Source: a bacterium (lineage in GTDB: Bacteria > UBA8248). Taken from it: a stretch of DNA of 64,000 nucleotides. The translations under genes were made by a program, and so were the position numbers. Under the pieces are notes generated by a model. The model saw nothing but the letters and a program-made list of their open reading frames with translations, made no database searches and had not been told where the DNA came from. Where the stretch lies: contig OZ241996.1 in NCBI GenBank assembly GCA_965204535.1, positions 192,001-256,000 of the forward strand, in the 5' to 3' direction. The first letter of the stretch is position 1, and each line of letters starts with the position of its first letter. Positions 28,109 through 40,890 of this stretch are shown here, piece by piece.

Positions 28109-28828
28109 CTACCGCCTCTTCTTTCTCCGGGCGGCTCTCTCCTCCGGCGCGAAAGTCCACCTCCGGGCGGAGGCCCACTTCTCGAGGTCTTCGAGCAGGT
28201 AGCGCACCCGGTATCCGGTGCGAAGAAAATCCGGCCCCTCGCCGCTCACGCGGTAGCGCTCGAGCGTCCTGGGCGAGAGGCCGAGCCAGGCGGCCGCCTC
28301 CCGCGTGTCCAGGCGGTTCTCCCCCGTGCGCTCATCGACGCCTCCCGCGGCCCCGGGTTCCACCGCGGCGTCCCACGTCCCGTCGAACGGATCGGGCAAG
28401 TCCGCGAGCCTCTCGCGTATGGCGCGGACCTCCTCTCGGGTCGCGCCCGCCGCCATCCAGGCGCGCACCCGGTCGAAGGTCCTGAGATACGGCGAGGCGC
28501 CCCGGCGCAGCCTTCCCACGAAGGAGGGGTTCCCCACGGCCTCCTCGCCCAGGATCGAGACCTTGGTCCCGCTCACCGCGAGAAACGCCTCGACCTCGGC
28601 CCGCAGGAGCGGTCCCAGGGACGGGTACCCCATGAACGCGAGCACCCGGTCCGCCGTGTCGACCCGCAGGGGCCGCCCCCGGGCCTGCAGTCCCACGAAG
28701 CCGGGAACCCCCGGCGCGCCCACCCCGAAGCGCCTCGCGCTCATCCCGCGGCGCGCGCGCCAGAGCGCAATGCTCCGGCGCAGCCGCTCGTCCAGCGGGG
28801 CGCCGGTATCGTCGTCGAACGCGGTCAT
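28109..28828 (-). CDS. DNA-binding protein with two HTH-like repeats plus an excisionase/AlpA-like HTH
   Basis: Duplicated G..A.G.P.FV..LR.G...TxDRV unit; LDTREAAAWLGLSPRTLERYR...GP.F...VRY. Confidence 0.75.
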   Translation of the reverse strand: MTAFDDDTGAPLDERLRRSIALWRARRGMSARRFGVGAPGVPGFVGLQARGRPLRVDTADRVLAFMGYPSLGPLLRAEVEAFLAVSGTKVSILGEEAVGNPSFVGRLRRGASPYLRTFDRVRAWMAAGATREEVRAIRERLADLPDPFDGTWDAAVEPGAAGGVDERTGENRLDTREAAAWLGLSPRTLERYRVSGEGPDFLRTGYRVRYLLEDLEKWASARRWTFAPEERAARRKKRR

Positions 28829-29170
28829 GGCGCGCGAACATAAGGAAAGGACGAGCGCCCGTTCAATCGTTGTTTCCAGCGCGGAAGGTACACCCGGGAA
28901 GAGTCCGCGCCTGCGTCCGTGCGCGGGTCGCTCATCGGTTCAGCCTGAAATCAAGGGCGTTTCCCGGAAAACGAGGGTCGCCGGAGAACGCGCAGCGAGA
29001 CGCTACGGAAAAAAAGGAAGGACGCCGCCTCCCGGGCGAGAGCTCGAAAGCCTCTTTCGTTCACGCCGCAGTGGGCTGTTTCGCGAGTCGTCCCTGCGAA
29101 TGGCGGTGAACGGTATCTCGAACTGCCGCTGTTCGGGAACTTGCTGTTACGGCCTGGCTGAATGATTGGC

Positions 29171-29325
29171 TCGAGCGCTCACGGACGATAGCCCGCAGGG
29201 ATGCGCAGGGGTTATAATGAATCCGCTTGCGGCTTGATTACAGGCTCTGCGGGGCCGGTTCGGAATCGGTTCGGGATCAGGTCGGAAAATGAGTAAACTG
29301 AAATAATATCAATACGATAAAGGAA
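29171..29325 (+). repeat. Dispersed repeat Y, copy 3
   Basis: TAGCCCGCAGGGATGCGCAGGGGTTATAATGAATCCGCTT...TTGATTAC...AATAATATCAA. Confidence 0.7.
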
Positions 29326-29399
29326 TCCTGCACATGACGGAAAACGCCTAGCATTTCCAAATTCCTAGATAATACGATAAATTCACGGGGTTTTTCGAT

Positions 29400-29525
29400 A
29401 AATTCCCGAAAATTTCTGACTATGCAAATGATTGTAATAAAAGGAGTTACCATATAAATCTGAGCGTTCCGCACTCAGATATGGCGCAAAAAAAAGTTTT
29501 TGGAACCCGCGCATTTGCCCGCAAG
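29400..29525 (-). repeat. Intergenic element X, copy 1 (inverted relative to 37137-37260)
   Basis: Shares GCAAATGCGCG, a T tract, the ATCTGAG-N9-CTCA palindrome, GGTAAC and TATTACAATC with copy 2. Confidence 0.75.
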
Positions 29526-29735
29526 CGCCCGCATTTCCTCCCGCACCGCATCACGCCGGCAAAGCCTCATTCATCAATCGGCCTTGACCCCCGCATTCGC
29601 GCGCGATTGCCCGCCGTTGCGCACTCGCTCAGGGTATGCGCCGGGGGCGCAGGCGCAAGCGCCCGTCCATAGAGGATGTCATCCTTTTTCGGGCGCGCCG
29701 CTCCGGGGTGTGGCGCCATGAGCGGTTGAAACCGC

Positions 29736-30512
<777 letters not shown>

Positions 30513-30747
30513 TTGGTCGAACTCCTTTTGCGTTGCGTATGTGAGATTCCCCGTCCTGGGGAGAGGTACGTAAGCCCTGATTCGGCGAGAAGATAGCCTA
30601 TGGCGCGGCGTTCGTCATCCGGCGATGCGGCAGGCGGGATGATCGCCGGGGATCTCAGAACATTTTCTCGCGCCGGGTTCCCCGCCCGATCGATAGCGCA
30701 TCCCTAAATAAAGAAGAATCAGCGATTTGGAAGGCGGATCCGTGCTG

Positions 30748-30809
30748 TTAGCAGCCGAGCGGCTTGAGTGCTAGTAGCGCTTGACAAACATTCTCGTTTT
30801 CCATATACA
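30748..30809 (+). promoter_or_regulatory. CIRCE (HrcA operator) and sigma70 promoter of groESL
   Basis: TTAGCAGCC-N9-GAGTGCTAG (30748-30774); TTGACA at 30781 with TATACA 17 bp downstream. Confidence 0.8.
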
Positions 30810-30923
30810 CTCGCTCAGATATATGGGGCTGTGTGTTCGGGTAGCGCTTTTCCCCGAAGACGACCCCGTAGTTCCAAGTTTTTGGTTCGCATGGCAACAA
30901 TTACAATCCATAAGGAGGAAGTG

Positions 30924-31226
30924 ATGGCAAAGACCAAAACCAGGATACAGCCTCTTCAGGATCGCATTTTGGTGAAGCGTCTGGATGAGGAAGAGGAACA
31001 GATCGGCGGGATCATCATCCCCGATTCCGCGAAAGAAAAACCCCAGGAGGGGGAAGTAATCGCCGTCGGCCCCGGCAAGGTGACCGATGACGGGAAACGG
31101 CAGGCGCCCGAAGTGGGCGAGGGCGACAAAATTCTTTTCGCCAAGTATGCGGGCACCGAGGTGAAGTCCGATGGCGAAGAGTATCTGATCATGCGCGAAG
31201 ACGATGTGCTGGCGGTCATCAACTAG
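30924..31226 (+). CDS. groES: Co-chaperonin GroES
   Basis: [27 protein letters not shown] and [11 protein letters not shown]; AAGGAGG RBS. Confidence 0.98.
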   Translation: MAKTKTRIQPLQDRILVKRLDEEEEQIGGIIIPDSAKEKPQEGEVIAVGPGKVTDDGKRQAPEVGEGDKILFAKYAGTEVKSDGEEYLIMREDDVLAVIN

Positions 31227-32897
<1,671 letters not shown>

Positions 32898-32915
32898 GTT
32901 GTCGTCTCGATGTTC

Positions 32916-32946
32916 AAAGGGGGCCTCACGGAGGCCCCCTTTTTTT
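32916..32946 (+). terminator. Rho-independent terminator of groESL
   Basis: AAAGGGGGCCTC-ACG-GAGGCCCCCTTTTTTT. Confidence 0.9.
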
Positions 32947-33025
32947 GTGGAGGTTTATTCTGATCCGCTGGTTTGCCTTCTCTCACGTATTCAAGCGATG
33001 ATGAAGATTGAGCAGAGAGGGACGT

Positions 33026-34717
33026 ATGGCGAAAGATAAACCGAACAAACTTCCTTTCACCCTTTTCCTGATATCGTTATCGTTGCACCTGATCGTATTC
33101 GCGGCATCGAGTCATGAATACGTTTGGAGCAAACCCGTCAAGCCAAGCCAGCCTATCAAGTTTCGGGTCGTGTCCGTCGAGAAACCCGAGGAAAAACTTC
33201 CCCCGAACCGCCAAAGTCGAAATCTGTCGAATGCCAACCGGAAAGAAAGTGGCGCCGGCAAACCCGGCAAGACACCACGCTTAAGGCGCGAAGACAGAGA
33301 CCGGCTTCCTTCTCGCAGGGGTATCGTTAGCCCTGAGATAGCGTCTTTGGCGCCAGCCCCAAAACCGAAGGTCCCACCTCCAGCCGCCCTGCCGGTGAGC
33401 CCCAAGCCCCCGGCGGTCGTAACACCGAAGCCTGAACCGAAGAAGGTGGAAAAACCACAGGAAAGGAAATCTCCTGAAACTTCGGAGATAACAGAAACGC
33501 CCCAGCCGACAGAGACGGCGAGCCTTGCGCCGCCACCAGCGCCTTCACCCAAGACCCCGTCGCCCGCGATTCAAGAAAAGATAAAACCAAAGCCAACGGC
33601 AGATGAAACGCCGGGAAAAAAGAAAATAGAATCCCAAACGATTTCCAATATCAAGCCCAAGCCGGTGGTCAAGCAGAAACCGGTAAAACAGGTCGTCAAG
33701 AAAGAACCTCGTAAGGGGGACCAGAAGATCGAGGCGAAGGGGGAAAATACCAAAAAGCCGGAAATGGCCGCATCCTCCCCGGCTCCAAAACCGAAGGCCC
33801 AAGTTCCCGCCGCCCTGCCGGTGAGCCCCAAGCCCCCTGCGGTCGTAACGCCGAAGCCTGAACCGAAGAAGGTGGAAAAACCACAGGAAAGAAAAGCTCC
33901 TGAAACTTCGGAGATAGCAGAAACGCCAAAGCCGACAGAGACGGCGAGCCTTGCGCCGGCGCCCAAGCCTTCACCCAAGACCCCGCCGCCGGAAATTCAA
34001 GAAAAGATAAAACCGAAACCAAAAGCAAAGCCGAAGACAGAAGACAATCCGGAAAAGAAGAAAAGAGAGGTCAAAACGCTTCCCCAAAAGAAGCTTGCGC
34101 CAAAGCCGGTGGTCAAAGAAAAAGCGGTAAAGAAGGTTGTCAAGGAAAAGCCTCGAAAGGAGAACAAGAAAGTCGAGGCGAGGAAACAGACGAAGGAGAA
34201 GGTTGAACTGGCCGCGTTGAAACCGGTTTCTCGACCTGTCCGACCGCGGCCTCCAGCCCCCAAGCGGCCTCAATCCAAAGACCCTTTGGCGCTGTTTCGA
34301 GTGAAGCCCCAGCCCAAAGGCAAGCCCAGGCTCCCGAAGTTCGATCTCTCGGATGAGGCGGCGGACAGAATCGCAAAAAAAAGCTTGTCGGATAAAGAGC
34401 TGGAAAGAGAAGAGGGCGAAACCATTTCGCTTGACACCCGTGATTTCCGATACGCTTCTTATTTCGCTCACATCAAGAGAAGGATCCAAAACGCCTGGAT
34501 ATGGCCGGCGGAGGCGCAAAAAAACAGGGGCAAGCTGTTGTTGCGCTTTAAGCTGCGGAAAAACGGCACTTTGGAAGATGTGCGTTTAATCAGGTCCGCA
34601 GGGGTTCGGATTCTCGATGATTTGGCGATGGCCGCCGTCGCCAAGGCGGCGCCGTTCGAGCCGTTTCCTGAAGGCCTCGAACGCAAGGCGATCACCGCCA
34701 CGTTCGTGTATGAGTGA
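33026..34717 (+). CDS. TonB/TolA-like energy transducer with duplicated Pro/Lys-rich linker
   Basis: N-terminal TM helix with SLSLH, Pro/Lys spacer with an internal repeat of about 426 bp, TonB_C-like YFAHIKRRIQNAW...APFEPFP. Confidence 0.85.
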   Translation: MAKDKPNKLPFTLFLISLSLHLIVFAASSHEYVWSKPVKPSQPIKFRVVSVEKPEEKLPPNRQSRNLSNANRKESGAGKPGKTPRLRREDRDRLPSRRGIVSPEIASLAPAPKPKVPPPAALPVSPKPPAVVTPKPEPKKVEKPQERKSPETSEITETPQPTETASLAPPPAPSPKTPSPAIQEKIKPKPTADETPGKKKIESQTISNIKPKPVVKQKPVKQVVKKEPRKGDQKIEAKGENTKKPEMAASSPAPKPKAQVPAALPVSPKPPAVVTPKPEPKKVEKPQERKAPETSEIAETPKPTETASLAPAPKPSPKTPPPEIQEKIKPKPKAKPKTEDNPEKKKREVKTLPQKKLAPKPVVKEKAVKKVVKEKPRKENKKVEARKQTKEKVELAALKPVSRPVRPRPPAPKRPQSKDPLALFRVKPQPKGKPRLPKFDLSDEAADRIAKKSLSDKELEREEGETISLDTRDFRYASYFAHIKRRIQNAWIWPAEAQKNRGKLLLRFKLRKNGTLEDVRLIRSAGVRILDDLAMAAVAKAAPFEPFPEGLERKAITATFVYE

Positions 34718-34826
34718 GCCGGGAGCGTTGCTCCCGCCTTTGGGGGCGATATATTCGGTTGACACCCGCCGGTGCTGAATTTAGGATGATTTTTTAGCGA
34801 TTCACCGCTAATCAGAGGATTCCCCC

Positions 34827-35498
34827 TTGCCCGAATCATCGCCGCGTTTGAGCAAGCAAATCGAAGATTATCTGAAGAACATCTTCAAGCTTCAACAGGA
34901 AGCATCTCCGGTCACCACGAGCGCGATTGCCGATTGCATGGAAATATCGGCGGCGTCGGTGACGAGCATGGTCAAGAAACTCGACCAGCAGGGCTTGCTC
35001 ACATATACGCCGTATAAAGGGGTCGTCTTGAGCGCAAAGGGCGAGAAAGTGGCCCTGGAGATCATTCGGCATCACCGGTTGCTCGAACTGTATCTCAACC
35101 AGAAGATGGGAATCGAGTGGGACAAGGTGGATGTCGAGGCGGAAGAACTGGAGCATGTCTTGAGCGAAGAGCTGGAAGCCGTTTTGGACAAGGAGCTCGG
35201 CTATCCCACCCTGGATCCCCACGGGGACCCGATTCCCGCCAAAGACGGCACCATGATCGATACGAAGGAAATCGGTCTCCTCTCGCTGGAGGCCGGGCGA
35301 GCCACGAAGATTACCCGTGTGCTACAGGACGACCCGAACATATTGCGCTACCTGGGAGAGCTGGGTTTTTTCCCCGAAATCCCCATCGAGGTCATCGAGC
35401 AATCGCCTCTCGCCGGCACGGTAACGCTGTTGGTCAACGGAAGCCGGCATACGCTGGGCCGTGATATCGCCTCTCGAATTTTCGCCCTGAACGAATAA
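34827..35498 (+). CDS. DtxR/MntR-family metal-dependent regulator
   Basis: EDYLKNI, RHHRLLELYL, EELEH, DPHGDPIP and FeoA-like C-terminus. Confidence 0.93.
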   Translation: MPESSPRLSKQIEDYLKNIFKLQQEASPVTTSAIADCMEISAASVTSMVKKLDQQGLLTYTPYKGVVLSAKGEKVALEIIRHHRLLELYLNQKMGIEWDKVDVEAEELEHVLSEELEAVLDKELGYPTLDPHGDPIPAKDGTMIDTKEIGLLSLEAGRATKITRVLQDDPNILRYLGELGFFPEIPIEVIEQSPLAGTVTLLVNGSRHTLGRDIASRIFALNE

Positions 35499-35542
35499 AT
35501 CCGCCATCGTTGGGTTATCGATCATTTTCATGAGGAGAAGAC

Positions 35543-36106
35543 ATGCCCCCCAGGAAACAGACGACCAAAAAGAAGCCCGCCCAAAAAGATTTTGATCACC
35601 GCTTCCGCGCCACCTACGACAAGGACGTCGAGTGGCAAGAAGACGTGAGCAACGAACTGCTGACCCTACCGCCGGGAGTGAAGGTGAAGATTTTCGCGCA
35701 CGACCCGGTGATGAAGCGCATCGACATGAAGGTGAAGTTCCCGAAAGGCTATGTGGAGCCTCGCCATACGCACAAGAGCTGGCATTCCATTTTGGTAACC
35801 CGGGGCAGGATGTGCGTGGCGGGCAAGGATTTAAGGCCGGGCGATTACGTTTTCGGTTGGGATTTGCCGCACGGCCCGTATGAATATCCCGACGGCTGCG
35901 AGGTTTTCGTCGTCTTCATGGGCGACGGCACGCAGCACGTCTGGGAAGAGGAAAAACACCTCAAGCACAAGCTGAAGTGGGAAGCCAGAAGCGCCGCCGG
36001 CAAAAAAGCCGTCGCCAAAGGCGATGCGGCCAGGAAGCAGACGTTGGCCGAGAAAAGGGCGGCCGCGAAATCCGGGGCGAAGAGAAAGACGCGTCGCTCG
36101 GGATGA
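35543..36106 (+). CDS. Cupin-domain protein with basic tails
   Basis: PRHTH...H and PHGP cupin motifs; Lys/Ala-rich termini. Confidence 0.75.
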   Translation: MPPRKQTTKKKPAQKDFDHRFRATYDKDVEWQEDVSNELLTLPPGVKVKIFAHDPVMKRIDMKVKFPKGYVEPRHTHKSWHSILVTRGRMCVAGKDLRPGDYVFGWDLPHGPYEYPDGCEVFVVFMGDGTQHVWEEEKHLKHKLKWEARSAAGKKAVAKGDAARKQTLAEKRAAAKSGAKRKTRRSG

Positions 36107-36110
36107 CGTG

Positions 36111-37130
36111 ATGACGCCGCAGCGAATCGCCGTGATCGGCGCCGGCGCCTGGGGGACGGCGCTGGCGGATTTGTTCTCTGAAACCGGCCACGAGGTGATG
36201 CTCTGGGTGTTCGAGGCCGACCTTTGCGCCCGCATGGCCGCCCAGCATGAAAACGACCTGTACCTGCCCGGCGTCGCCCTGCATGAAAACCTGCGCTTCA
36301 CGCCCGATCTGGCCGAAGCCGCCTCGGCGGGCCAGGACGTCCTCGTGAGCGTGATGCCGAGCCACGTCGTCCGGGCGGTGTGGACGAAGCTCGCGCCTTC
36401 GGTTCACGAGGAAACGCTCGTCGCAAGCGCCACGAAGGGCGTGGAAGAGAAAACGCTGCTCCTGCCCACCCAGGTTATCTCCGGGTGTCTCGCCGAGGCG
36501 GGCGGCGCCGAGCGTGCCCTCGCATGTCTCTCGGGGCCGACGTTCGCCCGCGAACTCGCGGAGAGAAAACCCACGGCCGTCACGGCGGCGTCGGACGATT
36601 CCGGTGCCGCGAAAGCGATTCAGGAAACCCTCTCGACACCCAGTTTCAGGATATACACGGGCGAAGACCCGGTCGGCGCGCAGCTCGGTGGAGCGCTCAA
36701 GAACGTCGTCGCCCTGGCGGCGGGCATCGCCGACGGCATGGAACTTGGGCTGAACGCGCGCGCGGCGCTCATCGTGCGCGGGCTGGCCGAGATCGCGCGC
36801 CTGGGCGCCGCGATGGGCGGCCGGGCGGAGACCTTCGCGGGTCTGGCGGGCATGGGCGATCTGGTGCTCACGTGCACGGGCGACCTGAGCCGGAACAGGA
36901 CGGTGGGCGTGCGGCTGGGCGGGGGAGAGCCCCTGCAGAAGATACTCGAATCCATGACGGCCGTGGCCGAGGGCGTATCCACCGCGCCGGCGGCGGTGGG
37001 GCTCGCGGATGAGTACGGCGTGGAGATGCCCATATGCCGCGAGGTGCACGCCGTGTTGTTCGAGGGCAGAAGTCCCAAGGACGCCGTGTGCGACCTCATG
37101 GCGCGTCCGCTCAGGGCCGAACTCCCCTAG
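36111..37130 (+). CDS. gpsA: NAD(P)H-dependent glycerol-3-phosphate dehydrogenase
   Basis: GAGAWGTALA, SGPTFA, GGALKNVVA and GDLVLTCTGDLSRN. Confidence 0.97.
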   Translation: MTPQRIAVIGAGAWGTALADLFSETGHEVMLWVFEADLCARMAAQHENDLYLPGVALHENLRFTPDLAEAASAGQDVLVSVMPSHVVRAVWTKLAPSVHEETLVASATKGVEEKTLLLPTQVISGCLAEAGGAERALACLSGPTFARELAERKPTAVTAASDDSGAAKAIQETLSTPSFRIYTGEDPVGAQLGGALKNVVALAAGIADGMELGLNARAALIVRGLAEIARLGAAMGGRAETFAGLAGMGDLVLTCTGDLSRNRTVGVRLGGGEPLQKILESMTAVAEGVSTAPAAVGLADEYGVEMPICREVHAVLFEGRSPKDAVCDLMARPLRAELP

Positions 37131-37136
37131 GCGGCC

Positions 37137-37260
37137 GCGCGCAAATGCGCGCGAGGCGAAAATTTTTTTTGCCGCTGAATCTGAGTACGCGACGCTCATA
37201 TTTGTACGGTAACCTTTTGTATTACAATCGGTTAAACGGAAAGTAAATTTCAGGAATATA
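37137..37260 (+). repeat. Intergenic element X, copy 2
   Basis: Similar over about 120 bp to the reverse complement of 29400-29525. Confidence 0.75.
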
Positions 37261-37580
37261 CTGAATGGTAACCCTATACTGCGAACCACCACTGAAAACC
37301 TTCAGCGGCGGCTCGGCTAGGTGAGTATTTATGTCTACGACAACGATACTATCGGGCGAACAGAATGCCAGACTGTATGAGTTGACAAGCACTTGCGGGG
37401 CGGACTCAGGAAGACGCCCCGACAGGAGCGCTCCGAGATACGCAGGAAATGGTATGGACGCCTACCCGATAACCGAGTGCCGCGGTTCGAGAAGGTTGAT
37501 ACTGGACCTCGAGGGTCTGTGGCACTCTGAGATGCTCAAGGGGAATACATGGTGTCTCCCCGGGTCAACCGGAGGGTCCA

Positions 37581-38160
37581 ATGATGAAGGATGGCAGAAC
37601 GGTCGTCGGTGTGGATACGGCGAAAAGCGTGTTTCAGTTGTACTGGGTCGAGTTGGAGACGGGAAAGAGCATGGCCGCAGCCCTCGGCCGGGTCTCGAAG
37701 CGGCTGCCGACGATGGTCGTGGACGCCCTGCGAGAGCAATGGGCGCGCGTGGCTCGGCTCGACGAGGAGGTTCGCGGTATCGAGCGCCGCCTGAAGCTGT
37801 GGCACCGGGACAACGCCGCGAGCCGCAGGGTGGCGGAGATCCCCGGAGTCGGTTTGCTGTGCGCGACCGCTTCGGTGGCCGCGATGGGCGATCCCGCCAC
37901 GTCGGGACCGGCGGCAGGATGCGCGTGCTCGGAATCTCCAAGCGGGGCGACAGGTATTTGCGCACCTTGTTGATACACGGCGCCCGCGCCGCAATCGTTC
38001 ACGGCAAGGCGTCGCGCGAATGGGTATTGCGCCTGGCCGGACGGCGGCCCCCGAACGTGGTCGTTGTCGCTCTGGCGAACAAGATGGCGCGCACGATCCG
38101 GGCCCTGCTGGCCCATAACCCGGGAATACCAGCGAAACTTTGTCGGCCATCCTGCGTGAG
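37581..38160 (+). pseudogene. IS110-family recombinase with internal deletions and a frameshift
   Basis: VVGVDTAKSVFQ, EIPGVG, then a shifted frame GISKRGDRYLRTLLIHGARA...VALANKMAR. Confidence 0.88.
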
Positions 38161-38237
38161 CCCGGATGGCGAGAGAAAACACGAAACCGGAAAGGAGATG
38201 ACACACCAAAGGATTGCGCAAGGCAGGATGAAGTGAG

Positions 38238-38419
38238 ATGGCGAACAGGTCAGACCGCGGCCCGCAAAGTCTGTATGGCAACGAAGGCGAAAACCTTGAA
38301 GAGGAAATGAGGCGCGGGTCGGCTGATTCCATCAGGGCCGGCAGGCATGGTGTCCTGTAACGACAGGCCGAATATAAAGCTGCAACCTGATCGTCAGACG
38401 CACTGAATCGGTCCTTGTC
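38238..38419 (+). ncRNA. Putative IS1111 right-end bridge/seek RNA region
   Basis: Non-coding segment between the transposase and the right IR; contains ATATAAA matching the predicted circle junction; boundaries inferred. Confidence 0.5.
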
Positions 38420-38531
38420 GTAAGCGTTCGGGCGGGCCGTGATGGACCCGGCGCCGGGCGCATCGCCTCCATCGGATAGAATTTTCCCGGGCGACTGGTA
38501 ACGCGATTCGACATGTGCTAATGATGTCGGC

Positions 38532-40886
38532 ATGAAGATTCGCGCAGAAGCTGTCGAGACGGAGTTGGCGTTGGCCGAGAGGCCGGATGAGCCATGGCCT
38601 CATTCCCCCGGGTTGTCCACAACCGCAGAGGCGTACTGGCGTTCGCTGTACGAGCGCGAGCGTGCGCGCGCGGAGGCGGCGGAGGCGCGCTGCGAGGAGT
38701 TGCGTTGGGCGGAAGTGGATTCCCGCTCCCGTGCGGGCAAGCTGAAGCGGCATCTCGACGCCAGCCGGAAGAAGCTCGAGGCGGCCGCCGGGGAGGCGAA
38801 GGAAGCCCGCCGCGCGGCGAAGGACGCGCTGTCGCTCAAGGCGGAAGTGGCGCGGCTGGAGAAGCTGCTTGCGGAGGCGGGGGTCGATCCGCGCAAGCGC
38901 AGCCCGCTCATGTCGCTGCGCATGGAGGTCGTCCGGCTTCGCAAGGAGCTCTCGGGCGTGCCGTCGCCGGGGGAGGCGGGGCGGCTGCGCAAGGCCCTGG
39001 AGGAGCGCAAGGAGACGATTCATGCCCTGCGCAAGGAGGTCGGCCGGCGGGAGAAGGAAGTTGCCCGGCTCGAAGATCGTCTGGCCCTGGAGAAGCAGAA
39101 GTCGGCGACCGACAAGGAGACCATTCGGAGCCTGGACGAGGAGGCCATCGGGCTCTACAGGAAGTTGAGGCGATTGCGCGACCAGGCGGAGGTGGTCGAG
39201 TCGCTGTCTGCGGAGGTCTACCGTCTTGAAGTCTCCCTGGGGGCCGTAGGCATTGCGACCGAACGGCTGAAGGCGCGGTTGCTGCGCGCTCTCGAGGCGG
39301 CGCGCTCGAAGTCGCCGTCTCGTGCAGATGAGGAACTGCGCAAGGCCCTGGGGAGGTCGCGGCGCCAGAAGACGGCGCTCAGGTCGCTGTCGAGGGAGAA
39401 CGGGCGTCTTCGCAGGGCGCTCCGCAAGTCAGAGACCATCCGGGCGCGGCTGGAGGCCGATCTCGCGAAGCTTCGCGCCACCGGAGCGGTGCTGGCGAGA
39501 AGACTGTTCGGGCGCAAGAGCGAACGGCAGGAGAGGCCGCGCTCGGAGCGCAGGCGCGGCCGGCAACCCGGCGCCGCCGGTCATGGCCGCACCCCGCGGC
39601 CCGCGCTCGATGAGAGGACCGAAGTTCGCAACCCGCCGGCCGGTGCGCGCGTCTGCGCCGGTTGCGGGAAGCCCTACGTGGCCAATGGCGCCGAGGTCTC
39701 CTCCATCTTCGAGATCGAAGTCTCGGCCCACAAGCGCGTCATCCGCCGTCCGAGATGGCGCAGGAGATGCGCGTGCGCGTCGTCTCCGGTGGAAGTGTCG
39801 GCGCCCGCCGCGCCGCGCCTGTTCGCGGGCACGCCTTACGGGACGAGCGTGTGGGCGCGCTTCCTGTTCGAGCGCTACGCCTGCTTCCGCCCGCTGCGCC
39901 GGGTCGCCGCGTGGCTCTCCGACCAGGGGCTTCCGGTCTCTGCAGGCACACTGGGCGACAGCACGCACCGCTTCACGCCGCTCTTCGAGCCGCTGGCTGC
40001 GGCGATCCTCGACCGCCAGAACGAAGCGGCGGTGCGTCACGGGGACGAGACGACGTGGCGCGTTCAGTCGCTTCGCGAACAAGGACGCTCGAGCCGCGCC
40101 TGGCTGTGGACCTCGGTCAGCGCAGACTCCGTCTACTTCCACGTCGACCCCTCGCGGAGTGCTGAGGTCGCGATGAAGCTGTTCGGCGCGGCCGGCTCCC
40201 ATACGGTCATCGTCTGCGACCGCTACAGCGCCTACAAGAAGCTGGCGCGCATTCCCGGGGGTCTGGTGACTCTCGCATGGTGCTGGAGTCACGTCCGGCG
40301 CGATTATATCCACTGCGCCGCCGGCGATGAGCGGCTGACGCCGTGGTGCGAGAGATGGATCGAGCGGATTGCCTTGCTTTACCGCCTGAACGAGGCGCGC
40401 CTGGCCAGTTACGACCCGGGCGTCGAACGCCAGGATGCGGCGTTCGACGCGGCGCACGACGAATTGAAGAAGGCGCTCAAGGACCTGTTCGCGCAGGCCC
40501 GACGGGAGATGGCCGCTCTGCCCGCGCAGGCGCGCGAGGGCAAGGCGCTTCGCTCGCTGCTGAACCACCGCGAGGGGCTGAGCGTCTTCATCGAACGCCC
40601 CTCGGTGCCGATGGATAACAACGCCAGCGAACGTGCGCTTCGGGGCCCTGTGATCGGCAGGCGGCTCTCGTTCGGCTCCGACAGCGAGGCCGGCGCCAGG
40701 TTTACGGCGATGATGTACTCGGTCCTCGGAACCCTCGCGTCGAACGGGGTCGACCCGCTCCGCTGGCTGGAGGCATGGCTCACGGCCTGCGCGGAGAACG
40801 GCGGCCGGGCGCCCGGGGACCTCTCCGCGTGGCTGCCCTGGTCGATGAGCACGGAGCGCAGGCGCGCCCTCACGGCGCCGGGATGA
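38532..40886 (+). CDS. IS66-family transposase TnpC with long N-terminal coiled coil
   Basis: LFGRKSE, zinc finger CAGCG...CAC, HGDETTW, CDRYSAY, CWSHVRR and DNNASERALR. Confidence 0.93.
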   Translation: MKIRAEAVETELALAERPDEPWPHSPGLSTTAEAYWRSLYERERARAEAAEARCEELRWAEVDSRSRAGKLKRHLDASRKKLEAAAGEAKEARRAAKDALSLKAEVARLEKLLAEAGVDPRKRSPLMSLRMEVVRLRKELSGVPSPGEAGRLRKALEERKETIHALRKEVGRREKEVARLEDRLALEKQKSATDKETIRSLDEEAIGLYRKLRRLRDQAEVVESLSAEVYRLEVSLGAVGIATERLKARLLRALEAARSKSPSRADEELRKALGRSRRQKTALRSLSRENGRLRRALRKSETIRARLEADLAKLRATGAVLARRLFGRKSERQERPRSERRRGRQPGAAGHGRTPRPALDERTEVRNPPAGARVCAGCGKPYVANGAEVSSIFEIEVSAHKRVIRRPRWRRRCACASSPVEVSAPAAPRLFAGTPYGTSVWARFLFERYACFRPLRRVAAWLSDQGLPVSAGTLGDSTHRFTPLFEPLAAAILDRQNEAAVRHGDETTWRVQSLREQGRSSRAWLWTSVSADSVYFHVDPSRSAEVAMKLFGAAGSHTVIVCDRYSAYKKLARIPGGLVTLAWCWSHVRRDYIHCAAGDERLTPWCERWIERIALLYRLNEARLASYDPGVERQDAAFDAAHDELKKALKDLFAQARREMAALPAQAREGKALRSLLNHREGLSVFIERPSVPMDNNASERALRGPVIGRRLSFGSDSEAGARFTAMMYSVLGTLASNGVDPLRWLEAWLTACAENGGRAPGDLSAWLPWSMSTERRRALTAPG

Positions 40887-40890
40887 CGCC

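Noticed and set aside
29340-29351. 12-nt match of spacer 19 (CTAGGCGTTTTC) suggesting self-targeting
   Set aside because: A few 12-mers are expected by chance for 22 spacers in 64 kb and the flanks do not match; no full self-match was seen by eye
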